NCBI GenBank assembly: GCA_945860415.1 | Contig: CAMAQA010000003.1 | Coordinates: 8,982 to 72,981 of the forward strand | DNA from: Bacteriovorax stolpii | GTDB taxonomy: Bacteria; Bdellovibrionota; UBA1018 | Reading direction: 5' to 3' | DNA: 64,000 nt | Shown: positions 37,390 to 47,771 of the stretch, in pieces | Layout of the letters: every line of letters begins with the position of its first letter | Position numbering within the stretch: position 1 is the stretch's first letter | The notes under the pieces: generated by a model | What the model was told of the DNA's origin: nothing | The model's input: only the letters and a program-made list of their open reading frames with translations | Databases searched by the model: none | Program-made: the position numbers and the translations under genes

Positions 37390-37690
37390 CTGCGGAAGGC
37401 CGCCGCGGCAGCAGGGCGAAGATCACATGTTGATGGCTGGCTGCACGCCTCCATCCCTCAGAAAACCAGTACGTGCCACACTCGGTTCTTCCACAAATCA
37501 ACATCGCTGAATTCAGGTGGGCCTGAATCACCGGTAATACTGTCGAGGCAAGAACGGGGACCTGGAGCGTGAATAAATTTCGCAATGAGATGAAAAAAAT
37601 CATCGCACCCAACAAACCACGCAGAACTGTCGTCAACTTCATCCTGTTCGAATCAGCCTCTAGCGACATTTTCATTCCCAGTGTTATAGC

Positions 37691-38446
37691 TTGGACATGC
37701 CCAAGCTAACCCTGGTCATCCCCGTTTACAATGAGTCGCGCCAGCTCGAGGAAGTCGTCCGTCTGCTGATGAACTCTCCGTGTCCGATCGAGCGCGAATG
37801 GATCTTCGTGGATGACGAATCCAAGGACGGAAGTCGAGACATCCTGCGGAGGCTCCGCGATGAGTTCGGCTTCACCCTACTCGAGCAGACCCCCAACCAG
37901 GGCAAGGGCGCTGCCGTCATCCGCGGCATTCGCGAATCCACCGGCGATTTCGTCGTGATCCAGGACGCCGACTTCGAGTACGACCCCAACGATATTCCAA
38001 GCCTGCTCCAGCCCCTGCTCGAGGGACGCGCGGACGTGGTCTACGGAAGCCGCTTCAAATCCAGTCATCAAGTCCGGCGCACGTACCACTATTTCGTGAA
38101 CCGCTTCCTGACTATCCTGAGCAACCTGATGTCGGGCATCTACCTGACCGACATGGAGACCTGCTACAAGCTCTTCCGCGCAGAAATCCTGAAGCCGATG
38201 AAGCTCCAATCGAAGCGCTTCGGAATCGAAGTCGAGTTCACGGCGTACGTTGCGAAGACCCGAGCCCGCGTCTATGAGCTTCCGATTTCGTACTTCCCGC
38301 GTACTCGGCTTCAGGGAAAAAAGATCAACTGGAAGGACGGCGTGGCGGCGCTCGTGCACCTGGTTCGCTTCAACTGGATGACAGGAATTGACGATGCGTT
38401 TGATCTCCGGAAGCTGCCAACGAAGTACTTTCCCAGCGACCGCTAA
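37691..38446 (+). CDS. GT2 glycosyltransferase, Dpm1-like polyprenyl-phosphate sugar synthase (soluble form)
   Basis: [18 protein letters not shown], and [10 protein letters not shown] (the DAD motif). Confidence 0.8.
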   Translation: MDMPKLTLVIPVYNESRQLEEVVRLLMNSPCPIEREWIFVDDESKDGSRDILRRLRDEFGFTLLEQTPNQGKGAAVIRGIRESTGDFVVIQDADFEYDPNDIPSLLQPLLEGRADVVYGSRFKSSHQVRRTYHYFVNRFLTILSNLMSGIYLTDMETCYKLFRAEILKPMKLQSKRFGIEVEFTAYVAKTRARVYELPISYFPRTRLQGKKINWKDGVAALVHLVRFNWMTGIDDAFDLRKLPTKYFPSDR

Positions 38447-40317
38447 ACCTGCTGCTCGACGTAGAGCGACACTTCGACCAAACGATCCATGAGCTCACTC
38501 GGGCTCGCGCCCGGAAAGTTCTTCTGCACCAGCTCTTTTGAAAACAGCCGCAGGATGTATCGCAGTCGGAGGGCCTTCGTTTGAGATGCGAAGATGAAAT
38601 CTCGATGACCGCTGTTGATCACGATCAGCTCACGCGCCTCATCATAGCGCGATCTCCAGAGCTGTCCGGGTGAGCGTTCGAACGTGTATCCGGGCAGTCC
38701 TCTCGACGAACCAGAACGACTGGCTTCTCCGCGGGGGGCGACCTGCTCCACCACCGTTACCATGGCCTCGGCACCGACCTGGACCTCGCCCTGGCGAATC
38801 ACCACGCTGAGACGGCACATTCCCGGTTCTCCGGGCGCGCGAAAGCGAACCACCGCCGGAGAAAGCACCTCGAACTCGCCGCCTCCTTCAACGAGGCTCC
38901 ACTCATACTCGAGCTGATCGGCATGCTTTCGTTTTCGATCATATCCCACGGCTCGAAACTCTCGGCCCTGGCCGACCCCGAGGATACTGGACCCTGGAAG
39001 AACTCGGGCCGAGTGGAGCGGACCTGGAAACTCAAAGAAGGCTCTCTGCGACTCTTCGCCCACTTCGGACCCCGCGCCCGATGTCGCCGATGGGGCATGG
39101 GCGTCGGATAGGATCGTCGTCTCCTGCGCTCCTTCCTGAGGCGACGGACCTTCTGCAGTCGACCTTCCGGGCAGCTCGCCCTTCGATGAAACGACGGCGA
39201 ACCAGTCGTAATCCTCGGCAGGAAGCATCTGCACCGCATCTCGGAAAGCCTTCTGAATTGCCTCAAGGGTGGCCTTCGAGGACTCTTCTTCTTCAGCGAT
39301 CTTCATCTGCTCCAGAGACTGGATCAAAGTCGGCTCGAGACTGGAAATCGCCGATATCGCATCCTCAAAGGCCTGGTCGTGAATCACGCCAAGACGGCTT
39401 GCGGGCGAGAGCTGTAGGTCGGGGCAATCCACCCACCCTTGGAAATAGCCCGAACTCCATGGGACTCGCTGAAAGGCCTCAAGCTGAGAAATCTGCTCGA
39501 GCACCCGCGTTCCTCGCCGATACAACGCGATACCAGCACTCTTCTGAGGATCGACCAGATAAAGCTCGACAGAAATTTTCTGGCGAGAAAGCTCGGGATT
39601 CGTGGGCAGCACCAGCGGAGCCCCCTCGAAGCGTCGCGCCTCGACGACCCGGTCCATTCGCGACAGTCGATCGAGGATCCGAATCTTCACGCCCGTCGAA
39701 AGGATGCGATTGCGAAGCTCAGCCGCAAGATACGCCTCCAGGCGCTCTCCACTCAGCTGGCGAAGTCCGGGAAGCAGCGGTCCAATCATCAGCTCGGTTC
39801 CCTGGCGACCGACCAGCTGGCGGGTGGGCTGCACCTCGAACTTGTTCTTCGATCGATGCATGGTCATCTGATAGGTCTTTCCATCAGAGCCTGCGCACTT
39901 CATCGTCAGGGTTTCGCCCACAGTCCAGAAGCTCAGCAACCCGATGCCAAACTCGCCCTGAAGCGCCGAGGTATTCTGTTCGAGCTTGATTCGTCGCTTG
40001 AGCGAGTCGCAGATATGGGTACCCACGTAGTGGAAGTCGGGCTTTCCCTCGGAGTCGAGCGGTACCCCTCTACCGTTGTCGACGATGCGCAGGTACGATT
40101 CTCCGGCCTCGCGACCCCGAATGACCTGAATCTCCGTGGCTCCGGCATCAATGCTGTTTTCAACGAACTCGGCCACCGCCTTCAGCGGATTCGACTGAGA
40201 GAGCGCGATGATCGTGATGGCATTCCACTGGTCACCGATTTTCATCGACCGGCGACGGCCATCACCTCTGGAGCGCGCTGAAAGCTTCTTGGTGGAACCC
40301 GCTCGCTGTCGCTTCAT
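38443..40317 (-). CDS. GHKL-superfamily ATPase of the MutL/MORC type (HATPase_c_3-like) with a ~400 aa uncharacterised C-terminal region
   Basis: [19 protein letters not shown]...[11 protein letters not shown] is the N-box/G1 of MutL/MORC-type Bergerat folds. [10 protein letters not shown] is a G2-like motif. No MutL DNA_mis_repair or MutL_C motifs were recognised. The start overlaps the purB stop as ATGA. An alternative start lies at 40245. Confidence 0.55.
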   Translation of the reverse strand: MKRQRAGSTKKLSARSRGDGRRRSMKIGDQWNAITIIALSQSNPLKAVAEFVENSIDAGATEIQVIRGREAGESYLRIVDNGRGVPLDSEGKPDFHYVGTHICDSLKRRIKLEQNTSALQGEFGIGLLSFWTVGETLTMKCAGSDGKTYQMTMHRSKNKFEVQPTRQLVGRQGTELMIGPLLPGLRQLSGERLEAYLAAELRNRILSTGVKIRILDRLSRMDRVVEARRFEGAPLVLPTNPELSRQKISVELYLVDPQKSAGIALYRRGTRVLEQISQLEAFQRVPWSSGYFQGWVDCPDLQLSPASRLGVIHDQAFEDAISAISSLEPTLIQSLEQMKIAEEEESSKATLEAIQKAFRDAVQMLPAEDYDWFAVVSSKGELPGRSTAEGPSPQEGAQETTILSDAHAPSATSGAGSEVGEESQRAFFEFPGPLHSARVLPGSSILGVGQGREFRAVGYDRKRKHADQLEYEWSLVEGGGEFEVLSPAVVRFRAPGEPGMCRLSVVIRQGEVQVGAEAMVTVVEQVAPRGEASRSGSSRGLPGYTFERSPGQLWRSRYDEARELIVINSGHRDFIFASQTKALRLRYILRLFSKELVQKNFPGASPSELMDRLVEVSLYVEQQV

Positions 40318-41633
40318 TTCCTCGCCCCCGCCCGACGAAAAATACGCCCTGCGTTTCGAGTTGCGTAGGAGACACTCAGGAATCGCCGCAGCTCTCGCGC
40401 CTTCAGGTACCTGACGATATGCGAATCTGCTTCGAGTGCCGCCAGAAAGGCATTCGAGTCCGTTCCGGCCCCCAGAGCTGCTGACTGAACCCACCGATAA
40501 GCCTCGTCTCTGGCCGCCCCCCGCTTCACCAGTTCAAGCAGGATCGTGCCGGAATACACCTTCAGTCCTGCCGACTCCAGATTCGCGCGAATACGATCAC
40601 GGTCAATTTCGAGGGATGCAACGACGCCGGCGAGTCGTGACACGGCATAATGCGCAAGCATCAGCGCATCGGCGAGGGCCACGCGCTCGACGGCGGAGTG
40701 ACTGATATCGCGCTCATGCCAGAGCGCCACGCTCTCGAGTCCTGCAACGGCGTAGCCTCGGAGCATGCGGGCACATCCGGTGATATTCTCGCTCGAGATC
40801 GGATTGCGCTTGTGAGGCATCGCACTCGAACCCTTCTGGGTCTTCGAGAAGCCTTCCTTGAGCTCTCCGACTTCGGATCGCTGGAGATGCCGAATTTCCG
40901 TACCGATTCGCTCCATTCCACCACCCAGAACGGCAAGCGCCGAATAAAGTTCAGCGTGGCGATCACGCGGAATGACCTGGGTCGACACCGGCTCGACTCC
41001 GAGCCCAAGGCGCTTCATCACGGATTTTTCGAAGGCCGGATCCAGATGGGCATAGACCCCGACCGCTCCCGAGAGCTTGCCAAAGGCCAGCCCCTCAAAG
41101 GCCCGGGCGAGGCGCTCGCGGTTGCGGCGCATTTCTTCGAGAAAGCCGAGAAACTTCAGTCCAAAGATGGTCGGCTCCGCGTGCATTCCGTGGGTGCGGC
41201 CGATGCAGGGAAGATTGGCGGTTTCACGAGCGGACTTTTCCAGGGCGACCATCAGTCGATCGAGCTCCGACAACACGAGCGCCCCAGCGTCGCGGAGCTG
41301 AAGAGCAAGCCCAGTATCGAGCACATCCGAAGAGGTCAGCCCGAAATGAACCCAACGCCCTTCCTTGCCGAGCCCGGCGACCACTGCAGTCACGAACGCG
41401 ATGACATCGTGATGGACCTTCGCCTCTTCCTCACGAACACGGGCGGGATCCACGCCTCCGGCGGACTCGATTCGTCGGAGTCCTGCAATAAGCTTCTTGC
41501 CCTCGGTCGTGGAGATCCAGCCACGAGCCGTCATCTCCTCGCACGCCGCGCGCTCGACCTTCAAGCAATAGAGCCAGCGCGAACGCTCGGTGAACAGCGC
41601 TGCCATCTCAGGTCTGCTGTAACGATCGATCAT
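40314..41633 (-). CDS. purB: Adenylosuccinate lyase
   Basis: RYSRPEM...[11 protein letters not shown], and the [11 protein letters not shown] signature of the fumarate-lyase family, PurB subtype. Confidence 0.92.
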   Translation of the reverse strand: MIDRYSRPEMAALFTERSRWLYCLKVERAACEEMTARGWISTTEGKKLIAGLRRIESAGGVDPARVREEEAKVHHDVIAFVTAVVAGLGKEGRWVHFGLTSSDVLDTGLALQLRDAGALVLSELDRLMVALEKSARETANLPCIGRTHGMHAEPTIFGLKFLGFLEEMRRNRERLARAFEGLAFGKLSGAVGVYAHLDPAFEKSVMKRLGLGVEPVSTQVIPRDRHAELYSALAVLGGGMERIGTEIRHLQRSEVGELKEGFSKTQKGSSAMPHKRNPISSENITGCARMLRGYAVAGLESVALWHERDISHSAVERVALADALMLAHYAVSRLAGVVASLEIDRDRIRANLESAGLKVYSGTILLELVKRGAARDEAYRWVQSAALGAGTDSNAFLAALEADSHIVRYLKARELRRFLSVSYATRNAGRIFRRAGARK

Positions 41634-42103
41634 CGGTGTCCTCCGGAGGATGCGGATGATTTACGTCCTCCGAGGAGCCGAGAAAAGAGCCAAAGAGGTC
41701 CGATGAGCAGGTGCTCGAGATTTTTCAGGAATGCCGGCCTGTTGCGCTCGTAACGGGCATGGCCGACGCCCTGGATGATCCAACCGACGACGAAAGCAGC
41801 CACCAGCGTTGAAAGCGGGAGTTCTCGGGCCCCGAGGTAGATCAGGAATGAGAGACCCGAAAACATGACCCCGAGCTGGCGCCCCCACACCACGTAATAG
41901 GCCGCTGCCGCTAACCAGAGGAGGAATCCTCCATCCATGGGGTCGCTGATGGAAAGGAACGAAAAGAACCCCAGGATGGCCAGCATGATCATGGGCACGC
42001 CCACGTAGTGCAGGCGCTCGTTCATCGGATGGCGATGGTACGAGTCATATTCGGTGAACTGCGCCTCGAGTCGTGAGCCTGGAGCCGGTTGGAGCTTCAT
42101 CAT
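41630..42103 (-). CDS. DUF962 (Mpo1-like) family membrane protein
   Basis: F.EY..YHRHP.N...H..GVP region followed by 3-4 TM helices. Confidence 0.55.
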   Translation of the reverse strand: MMKLQPAPGSRLEAQFTEYDSYHRHPMNERLHYVGVPMIMLAILGFFSFLSISDPMDGGFLLWLAAAAYYVVWGRQLGVMFSGLSFLIYLGARELPLSTLVAAFVVGWIIQGVGHARYERNRPAFLKNLEHLLIGPLWLFSRLLGGRKSSASSGGHR

Positions 42104-43092
42104 CTGTCCTCAAACACGATCGCGCGCCACTCGTTTCGCGCAAGAACCCTGGAGATCCTACTTGGAAGCAATGCCGAGTACGCCGCTCGCACCGGCTCCA
42201 CGTCGGCCTCGATCAGGCCGGAGAGGATCATCACGCCCCCACTCCTCACGCGACCGCAAAGAGACTGCGAGAACTCGAGGAGCACGGGCTTGAGAATGTT
42301 GGCGAAGACGACGGAATAGCCGCCGACGGGCGCCTCGCCCTCCAATATCGAGAGATCGGTTTCGTACCGGATTCGCTCATAAACCTCGTTCAGCCGCGCA
42401 TTCTCGCGCGCATTGTCGATCGCGAGGCGATCGATCTCGACAGCGTGCACCTGCCTGGCTCCGCGAAGTGCAGCACCAATCGCCAGAATTCCCGAGCCGC
42501 TGCCGAAGTCGAGCACCGACTCTGGTTCCAGCCCCCCGGCGAGGGATTCCGAAAACGCCTGAAGGCAGAGCTGGGTCGTTTCGTGTGTTCCGGTGCCGAA
42601 TCCGGCACCCGGATTCACGACCAGAAGATGCCTGCCTGGAGCTCCCTTTTGGGCTTCCCAAGGCGGGACGATCTTCCAATCCGGAGGAACCTCGACCCCG
42701 CGGAAGTTGCGCTTCCATTCGGCGTCCCAGTCCTGGTTCGGCTGCTCAAAAATGCGAACCACGGTGCAGCCTGAGATTCCCTCGAGCCGCTCCTGCGCCT
42801 GGCGCGCGTCGGCTTCGCTTGGAAAGTACAGCTGCGGATTTTCCTGCGACTGCGCTCCGACCCAATCTCGGTTGCTCGGGGCTTCGCCCGAATCCACGAG
42901 CCATGACTCCGTCTCGAGACCGGCTTCCGCAGCCTCGTCACAGAGCATGGTTCCTTCATGGACTCCCTGGAGACTGCAGTCTGCCAGTTCCTGCCAGAGC
43001 CAGGCGAAGAAATCCTCGCGTCCGAGCCGCTCGCCCGATGGAAGCCGAACCTCAGCGTTCAGCGCCAGTTCCGCGATCCAGAAGGACGACAT
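42100..43092 (-). CDS. prmA: Ribosomal protein L11 methyltransferase
   Basis: GAGFGTGTHETTQLCL and LDFGSGSGILAIGA, canonical PrmA. Confidence 0.85.
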   Translation of the reverse strand: MSSFWIAELALNAEVRLPSGERLGREDFFAWLWQELADCSLQGVHEGTMLCDEAAEAGLETESWLVDSGEAPSNRDWVGAQSQENPQLYFPSEADARQAQERLEGISGCTVVRIFEQPNQDWDAEWKRNFRGVEVPPDWKIVPPWEAQKGAPGRHLLVVNPGAGFGTGTHETTQLCLQAFSESLAGGLEPESVLDFGSGSGILAIGAALRGARQVHAVEIDRLAIDNARENARLNEVYERIRYETDLSILEGEAPVGGYSVVFANILKPVLLEFSQSLCGRVRSGGVMILSGLIEADVEPVRAAYSALLPSRISRVLARNEWRAIVFEDR

Positions 43093-43097
43093 GGATC

Positions 43098-46000
43098 TTA
43101 TTCAACTGGGGGCTGAGAATGGCCGCCTTCTCCGCCGCCGCCGCCACCGTTGCCACCACCACCGCCGCCATTACCGCCATTGCTCGGTCCGTCGTCGCGC
43201 TGGGGGCGAGGTCCGCCACCGCCACCACCGCCCTGGGCATGGCGTCCGCCGCCACCGCCGCCGCCACCGCCGCCGCCGCCGCGGTTGCGATCTCGTCCGC
43301 GATCTCGGTCGCGTCCGCCGCGACGTCCCCCACGGCGATCGCGATCGCGTCCACCGCGACCACCACCGCCGCCGCCTCCACCATTCTGGTGGCGCGGGCC
43401 GGGTCCGCGGTTGCCATTCGCTTCATTACGGCTCATGCCGGCAATCGCCGCATCCTGCGCAGCCTGGGCGCGCAGGTAAGCGAGGCGGTCCTCTTCATCC
43501 ATCTCCTCGTCCCAGCCTGGCTGCTGGCGAGGCCCACCCTGCGGCTGCTGGAATCCGGTCGTCGCACTCTGAAGGTGCGTCGGCACATCCGCCCGGTTGC
43601 CGATCATATCGGGATCCATTGGAGTCTGAATCTGCTGACTCTGAATCTGAGTCTGAGTCTGAATCTGGGGCTGGGGCTGACGATCCTGATCTCGGCCGTG
43701 CTGGCGATCGTCGTCACGATTCTGATGACGTTCACCACGGTCGCCACGATCACCGCGATTGCGATTCCGGTCGCGATTGCGATCGCGGCCATCGCGGTCG
43801 CGCTGATTCCGCTGACCGCCGCCTTCAGCCTGCTGGATCGTCGGCTCGTTGGCCATTTCTTCGACCATGGCTGGCATGTCGGCAGCCTGGATCGCGCGCG
43901 ACTGACGCTGGGCTTCGAGACGGGCGCGAACGGCTTCACGTTCCTTCTCGCGCTCCTTCTCCATGCGTTCGCGTTCCTTCTGACGCTCGTTGCGGCGATC
44001 GCGTTCGCGATCACGCTCACGGTCGCGACCCACGCGCTCACGCGCGGAACGTCCCGGAGTGCTTTCCGCGATGACTTCGAACTGCTCCATGTGGAAGTCG
44101 CCCATCGCCTGCAGGTAGATCGGCTTGCGGAAACGGCGCTCGAGCTGGTCGAGAGTTTCACGCTCGTCGATGGCGAGTAGGTCGATCACTTCCGAGTGCG
44201 CCTGAACGAGGATCTTCGTGACATCGCGGTCGATGCCGTCACGTTCGACATCACGGAGCACTTCATAGGCCACCGTCTGGCGGCTCTTGACGAAGCCCTT
44301 GCCTTCGCAATGCGAACACGCTTCGCAGAGCGCGCGAACCATGGTGTCGCGCGTGCGCTTGCGGGTCATTTCAATGAGGCCGAGTTCGGAGATCTTCTGG
44401 ATCGTCGGACGAGCGCGGTCCTTGCGGAGCGCCTCTTCCAGCGCGCGATACACGCGCTGCTTGTTCTCTTCCTTCTCCATGTCGATCAGGTCGAGGACGA
44501 TGATGCCGCCACAGTTGCGAAGGCGCAGCTGGTAGGCAATCTCCTGGACGGCTTCGAGGTTCGTCTTGAGGATCGTGTCCTCGAGGTTCTTCTTTCCGAC
44601 GAATCGGCCGGTGTTGACGTCGATCGCGACGAGGGCTTCCGCCTGGTCGATCACGAGATAGCCGCCCGACTTGAGCCACACCTTGCGCTCCAGAGCCCGC
44701 GAGAGCTCGGAGGAAATGTTGTAGGCGTCAAAGATCGGCACATCGCCCTGGTAGAGCTCGGCCTTCTGGCGCAGCGACGGCATGAAGTGGCTGACGAAGC
44801 GCTGGATGTCGTTGAAGTGGTAGCGCGAGTCGACCACGATCTTGTCGATCTCCTCGTTGACCCAGTCACGGATCGAACGCAGGACAGCGTTCAGGTCTTC
44901 GTACACCAGAGCCGGTGCGGAAACCGTGCGAGCCTTCTCCTGGATTTCTCCCCAGAGACGGGTCAGGTACTCGATGTCCTGCTTGACGCGTTTTTCGGAC
45001 TGCTTGCCGCTGGCCGTACGGACGATGAAGCCCAGGGCCTTCGGACGATTGCGCTCGACGAAGTCGCGAAGACGGCGGCGCTCGTCGTCGCGCTCAATGC
45101 GGCGCGAGACACCGACGTGATCGATCGTCGGCATGCAGACCAGGTGACGACCCGGCAGGCTGATATGGCAGGTCAGACGCGCGCCCTTGGTCGCGATCGG
45201 GTCCTTGGCGACCTGAACGAGCACTTCTTGGCCTTCCTTCAGAAGGTCCTGAATGTTGACCTGAGCACGAGACTGCGAGCGCGGGGCGGCAGCCTTCGGC
45301 TTGATCCGGCGGTTCTTGTCGCGATTCTCTCGGAATTCCGGACGTGAGCCCTGAGCATTCGTACCGGCGGAAACCGGAATCGGGCCGGAACGGCCAGAAC
45401 CGGTGGACTGAGGACGGCTGGACTCTTCGTCCCCAGCATCCTGGACGCCCAGCTCTGAGCGATCGGAATCCACATGCCCCTCATCGGCGAGGTGCTCGGA
45501 GAATGCCTCATGGTCTTCCGAGTCGTGTCCCTGAGCCGAAACTCCAGATCCAGCCTGCTGCTCTTCACCTTCACGACCACGACGACGATTACGTCCGCCA
45601 CGACGACCACGACGACGTTTGCGACGACTCTCTTCCGACTCGCCTGCCGGTCCGGCCTGCTTCTCGCCACCTTGTTCGCCGCCCTGCTCGCCACCTTCGG
45701 CGGGAGCAGCAGCAGCCGGGGCAACGGTGCCTTCCGGAGCATCTCCTCCGGATTCGCCGTTGCCACCCTCGGCGCCCATTCCGACCGGACCCTCGTCATC
45801 AGAGTCCTCGTCGAGCTCCTCATCTTCCTCGATGGTAAAATCGTCTTCTTCGTCCTGTGCCTCGGCACCCTCCGAGCCTTCTTCTCCAGACTCAGATGGT
45901 TCTGCTTTGGGCTGGGCAGCCTGACCGGCCTGCACCGGCACGATCACGGCTTCACTCTGTTCGCCCCCTGAGGATTCCTGAGATCCGCGCGAGTTGGGTC

Positions 46001-46274
46001 GACGACCTTCTTCGGTAGCGGCCTCTTCTTCTTCCCAGACTTCGGAGTGAACGAAAACGTCATCCACGTAGAGGAACGCGGCCTTCTCAAGACCGATATC
46101 CACGAACGCAGCCTGCATTCCTGGAAGGACACGCGTCACGCGTCCCTTGTAGATGTTTCCGACAATTCCTTTTCCCGAGGCCCTTTCGATCAGGAGCTCC
46201 TGGATTTCTCCATTCTCCAACAGGGCAATGCGCGTTTCAGGAAGGGATGCATTGATAATCAGCTCAGTCGACAT
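43098..46274 (-). CDS. rne: Ribonuclease E/G family endoribonuclease with a long low-complexity C-terminal scaffold region
   Basis: The N-terminal S1 and DNase-I-like catalytic domain (GNIYKGRVTRVLPGMQAAFVDIG, GGIIVLDLIDM) are conserved. The C-terminal ~550 aa are RD/RE/RGG/poly-Gly/QPQ repeats. Confidence 0.9.
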   Translation of the reverse strand: MSTELIINASLPETRIALLENGEIQELLIERASGKGIVGNIYKGRVTRVLPGMQAAFVDIGLEKAAFLYVDDVFVHSEVWEEEEAATEEGRRPNSRGSQESSGGEQSEAVIVPVQAGQAAQPKAEPSESGEEGSEGAEAQDEEDDFTIEEDEELDEDSDDEGPVGMGAEGGNGESGGDAPEGTVAPAAAAPAEGGEQGGEQGGEKQAGPAGESEESRRKRRRGRRGGRNRRRGREGEEQQAGSGVSAQGHDSEDHEAFSEHLADEGHVDSDRSELGVQDAGDEESSRPQSTGSGRSGPIPVSAGTNAQGSRPEFRENRDKNRRIKPKAAAPRSQSRAQVNIQDLLKEGQEVLVQVAKDPIATKGARLTCHISLPGRHLVCMPTIDHVGVSRRIERDDERRRLRDFVERNRPKALGFIVRTASGKQSEKRVKQDIEYLTRLWGEIQEKARTVSAPALVYEDLNAVLRSIRDWVNEEIDKIVVDSRYHFNDIQRFVSHFMPSLRQKAELYQGDVPIFDAYNISSELSRALERKVWLKSGGYLVIDQAEALVAIDVNTGRFVGKKNLEDTILKTNLEAVQEIAYQLRLRNCGGIIVLDLIDMEKEENKQRVYRALEEALRKDRARPTIQKISELGLIEMTRKRTRDTMVRALCEACSHCEGKGFVKSRQTVAYEVLRDVERDGIDRDVTKILVQAHSEVIDLLAIDERETLDQLERRFRKPIYLQAMGDFHMEQFEVIAESTPGRSARERVGRDRERDRERDRRNERQKERERMEKEREKEREAVRARLEAQRQSRAIQAADMPAMVEEMANEPTIQQAEGGGQRNQRDRDGRDRNRDRNRNRGDRGDRGERHQNRDDDRQHGRDQDRQPQPQIQTQTQIQSQQIQTPMDPDMIGNRADVPTHLQSATTGFQQPQGGPRQQPGWDEEMDEEDRLAYLRAQAAQDAAIAGMSRNEANGNRGPGPRHQNGGGGGGGGRGGRDRDRRGGRRGGRDRDRGRDRNRGGGGGGGGGGGGRHAQGGGGGGGPRPQRDDGPSNGGNGGGGGGNGGGGGGEGGHSQPPVE
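43130..43830. repeat. Coding low-complexity DNA repeats inside rne (GCC/GGC runs, CTGAATCTGAGTCTG repeats, GCGATCGCG repeats)
   Basis: Visible short tandem repeats in the DNA, encoding the Gly-rich, QPQ/QTQ, and RDR tracts of the RNase E tail. Confidence 0.8.
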
Positions 46275-46948
46275 TTCAAACCTCTCAAACTGCTATGGAG
46301 AGGCACCAGGCTCCCGAGGACGGGATCAGCAGACTGAAGCGGGAAGCAGCTCCGCAAGCCACAAACCGCGATCGAACGCGGATCGCGGAGCCCTTTCGGG
46401 CCGGCTCCTCACGCTTCGGTGGTGATTGTGGAATGACAAGTAGATTGCTCCCAAACTTTAGTCCCATCGTACCTGAGTACCGATGGCTCTCCGTTGTTGT
46501 ACGGCGAAAGCTCCACACCAACTGCCGGGCGCCATGTGCATCCCGTGGTGTGAGCGAAAACTTTCCCAAATTTCTGACTGGAAGGGCTCCTTGGACTCTT
46601 CTTCCAGCTTCGGACAGGGCTGGTGCACTTCGCACTTCTCATGGCGCGTACTGCCCACGCCGGCCCTGCTGATCTATCACCGGCTCAAATTCCGCCGGAG
46701 TACGACATCTTTTCAGATTTCGGGAGGGACCTTCCCTTCCCGGGGTCAGCCGAGACTCACCAGCTCACGATCAATTCCGGGTGCTGACTTGCTCTTTCGG
46801 CTTCGGCCTTTCCTGATTATCTCGGGGGTCACCCACAGGAACAATCGGAAGTTTTTGCCGCAGTCTCGTCCAACCATTGACGGACTTCTTTCCTTTTTCC
46901 AAGGTCAGGGGTAGCTAATTCCTCGATCGACTTCAAGAAAATAAACCC

Positions 46949-47761
46949 ATGAAACGACGACCAAAGCCTTCCGCCAAGAGTCTTGAATCCCAGCTCCATG
47001 AGCTGGTGCGCCAGCTCATGGACCACACGGGGCCCGCCGCAGCAAAGCTGCCCGCTCGCCGATCACCGACGCGTTCCAGCGCCAGCGCAACCGCCCTCGC
47101 CCGGCGAATCGATCACACCATTTTGAAGCCCGAATCCACCCTGTCTCAGGTGCTGGCCGCCTGCAGCGAGGCCCGAGAACACGAATTCGCTTCCGTATGC
47201 GTGCACAGCCACTGGCTGCCTGAGGTGGTTCGAGCCCTCAAAGGAAGCCGCACCCTTCCGATCGCCGTGGTGGGATTCCCGCACGGCTCGATGCTCCCTC
47301 AGGCCAAGGCTTTCGAAACGCGCCTCGCCGCAAAAGCTGGAGCGCGCGAAATTGACATGGTCGTGAATCTCGGCCGGCTCAAGTCTCGTGACTGGAAGGC
47401 AGTGTTCGAAGACATCCGTGGAGTGGTGAAGGCCGCAGGAAAAATTCCTGTGAAAGTGATCCTCGAAACCGGACTCCTCACGAATGAGGAAAAGGTCGCG
47501 ACGGCGGTGCTCTGCGAGCTCGCAGGAGCGGCGTTCGTGAAAACCTCGACTGGTTTTGCAACCGGAGGAGCTACGGTGGAGGACATCCACCTCCTTCGCA
47601 AAGTCTTGAATCCGAGGGTTCGACTAAAGGCTTCGGGAGGAATACGCACACGCGAGATCGCCGAGGCCCTGATTTCTGCCGGAGCAGACCGCCTCGGAGC
47701 CTCCAGCAGCATCGCCATCGTCGAAGGAAGCAGCCCGGCACAAGCCCCGGGATCGTACTGA
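46949..47761 (+). CDS. deoC: Deoxyribose-phosphate aldolase (with an N-terminal extension of about 40 aa)
   Basis: [14 protein letters not shown], Schiff-base lysine region FVKTSTGF, and ASGGIRT. Confidence 0.85.
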   Translation: MKRRPKPSAKSLESQLHELVRQLMDHTGPAAAKLPARRSPTRSSASATALARRIDHTILKPESTLSQVLAACSEAREHEFASVCVHSHWLPEVVRALKGSRTLPIAVVGFPHGSMLPQAKAFETRLAAKAGAREIDMVVNLGRLKSRDWKAVFEDIRGVVKAAGKIPVKVILETGLLTNEEKVATAVLCELAGAAFVKTSTGFATGGATVEDIHLLRKVLNPRVRLKASGGIRTREIAEALISAGADRLGASSSIAIVEGSSPAQAPGSY

Positions 47762-47771
47762 AGGAGCATCC

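Noticed and set aside
40318-40494. N-terminal 59 aa of the GHKL ATPase ORF upstream of the ATGA junction
   Set aside because: This part lies inside the 3' end of purB in another frame and has Gly/Ser/Arg-rich composition. The start at 40317, the ATGA overlap with the purB stop, or at 40245 is more parsimonious.
43130-43830. Short tandem repeats that might suggest a CRISPR array or VNTR locus
   Set aside because: The repeats are 3-15 nt, irregular, and lie in-frame within the rne coding sequence, where they encode Gly/RD/QPQ tracts. There are no 25-40 nt direct repeats with unique spacers, and no cas genes.
44196-45347. Long plus-strand ORFs (44196..45347, 45344..45838, 45474..45971, 42468..44180, 42593..44074) antisense to rne and prmA
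   Set aside because: They lie opposite genes with strong, motif-level homology (RNase E, PrmA). Their translations are low-complexity (poly-Ala, poly-Arg, poly-Pro) mirror images of the GC-rich repeat DNA. These are typical high-GC antisense artefacts.
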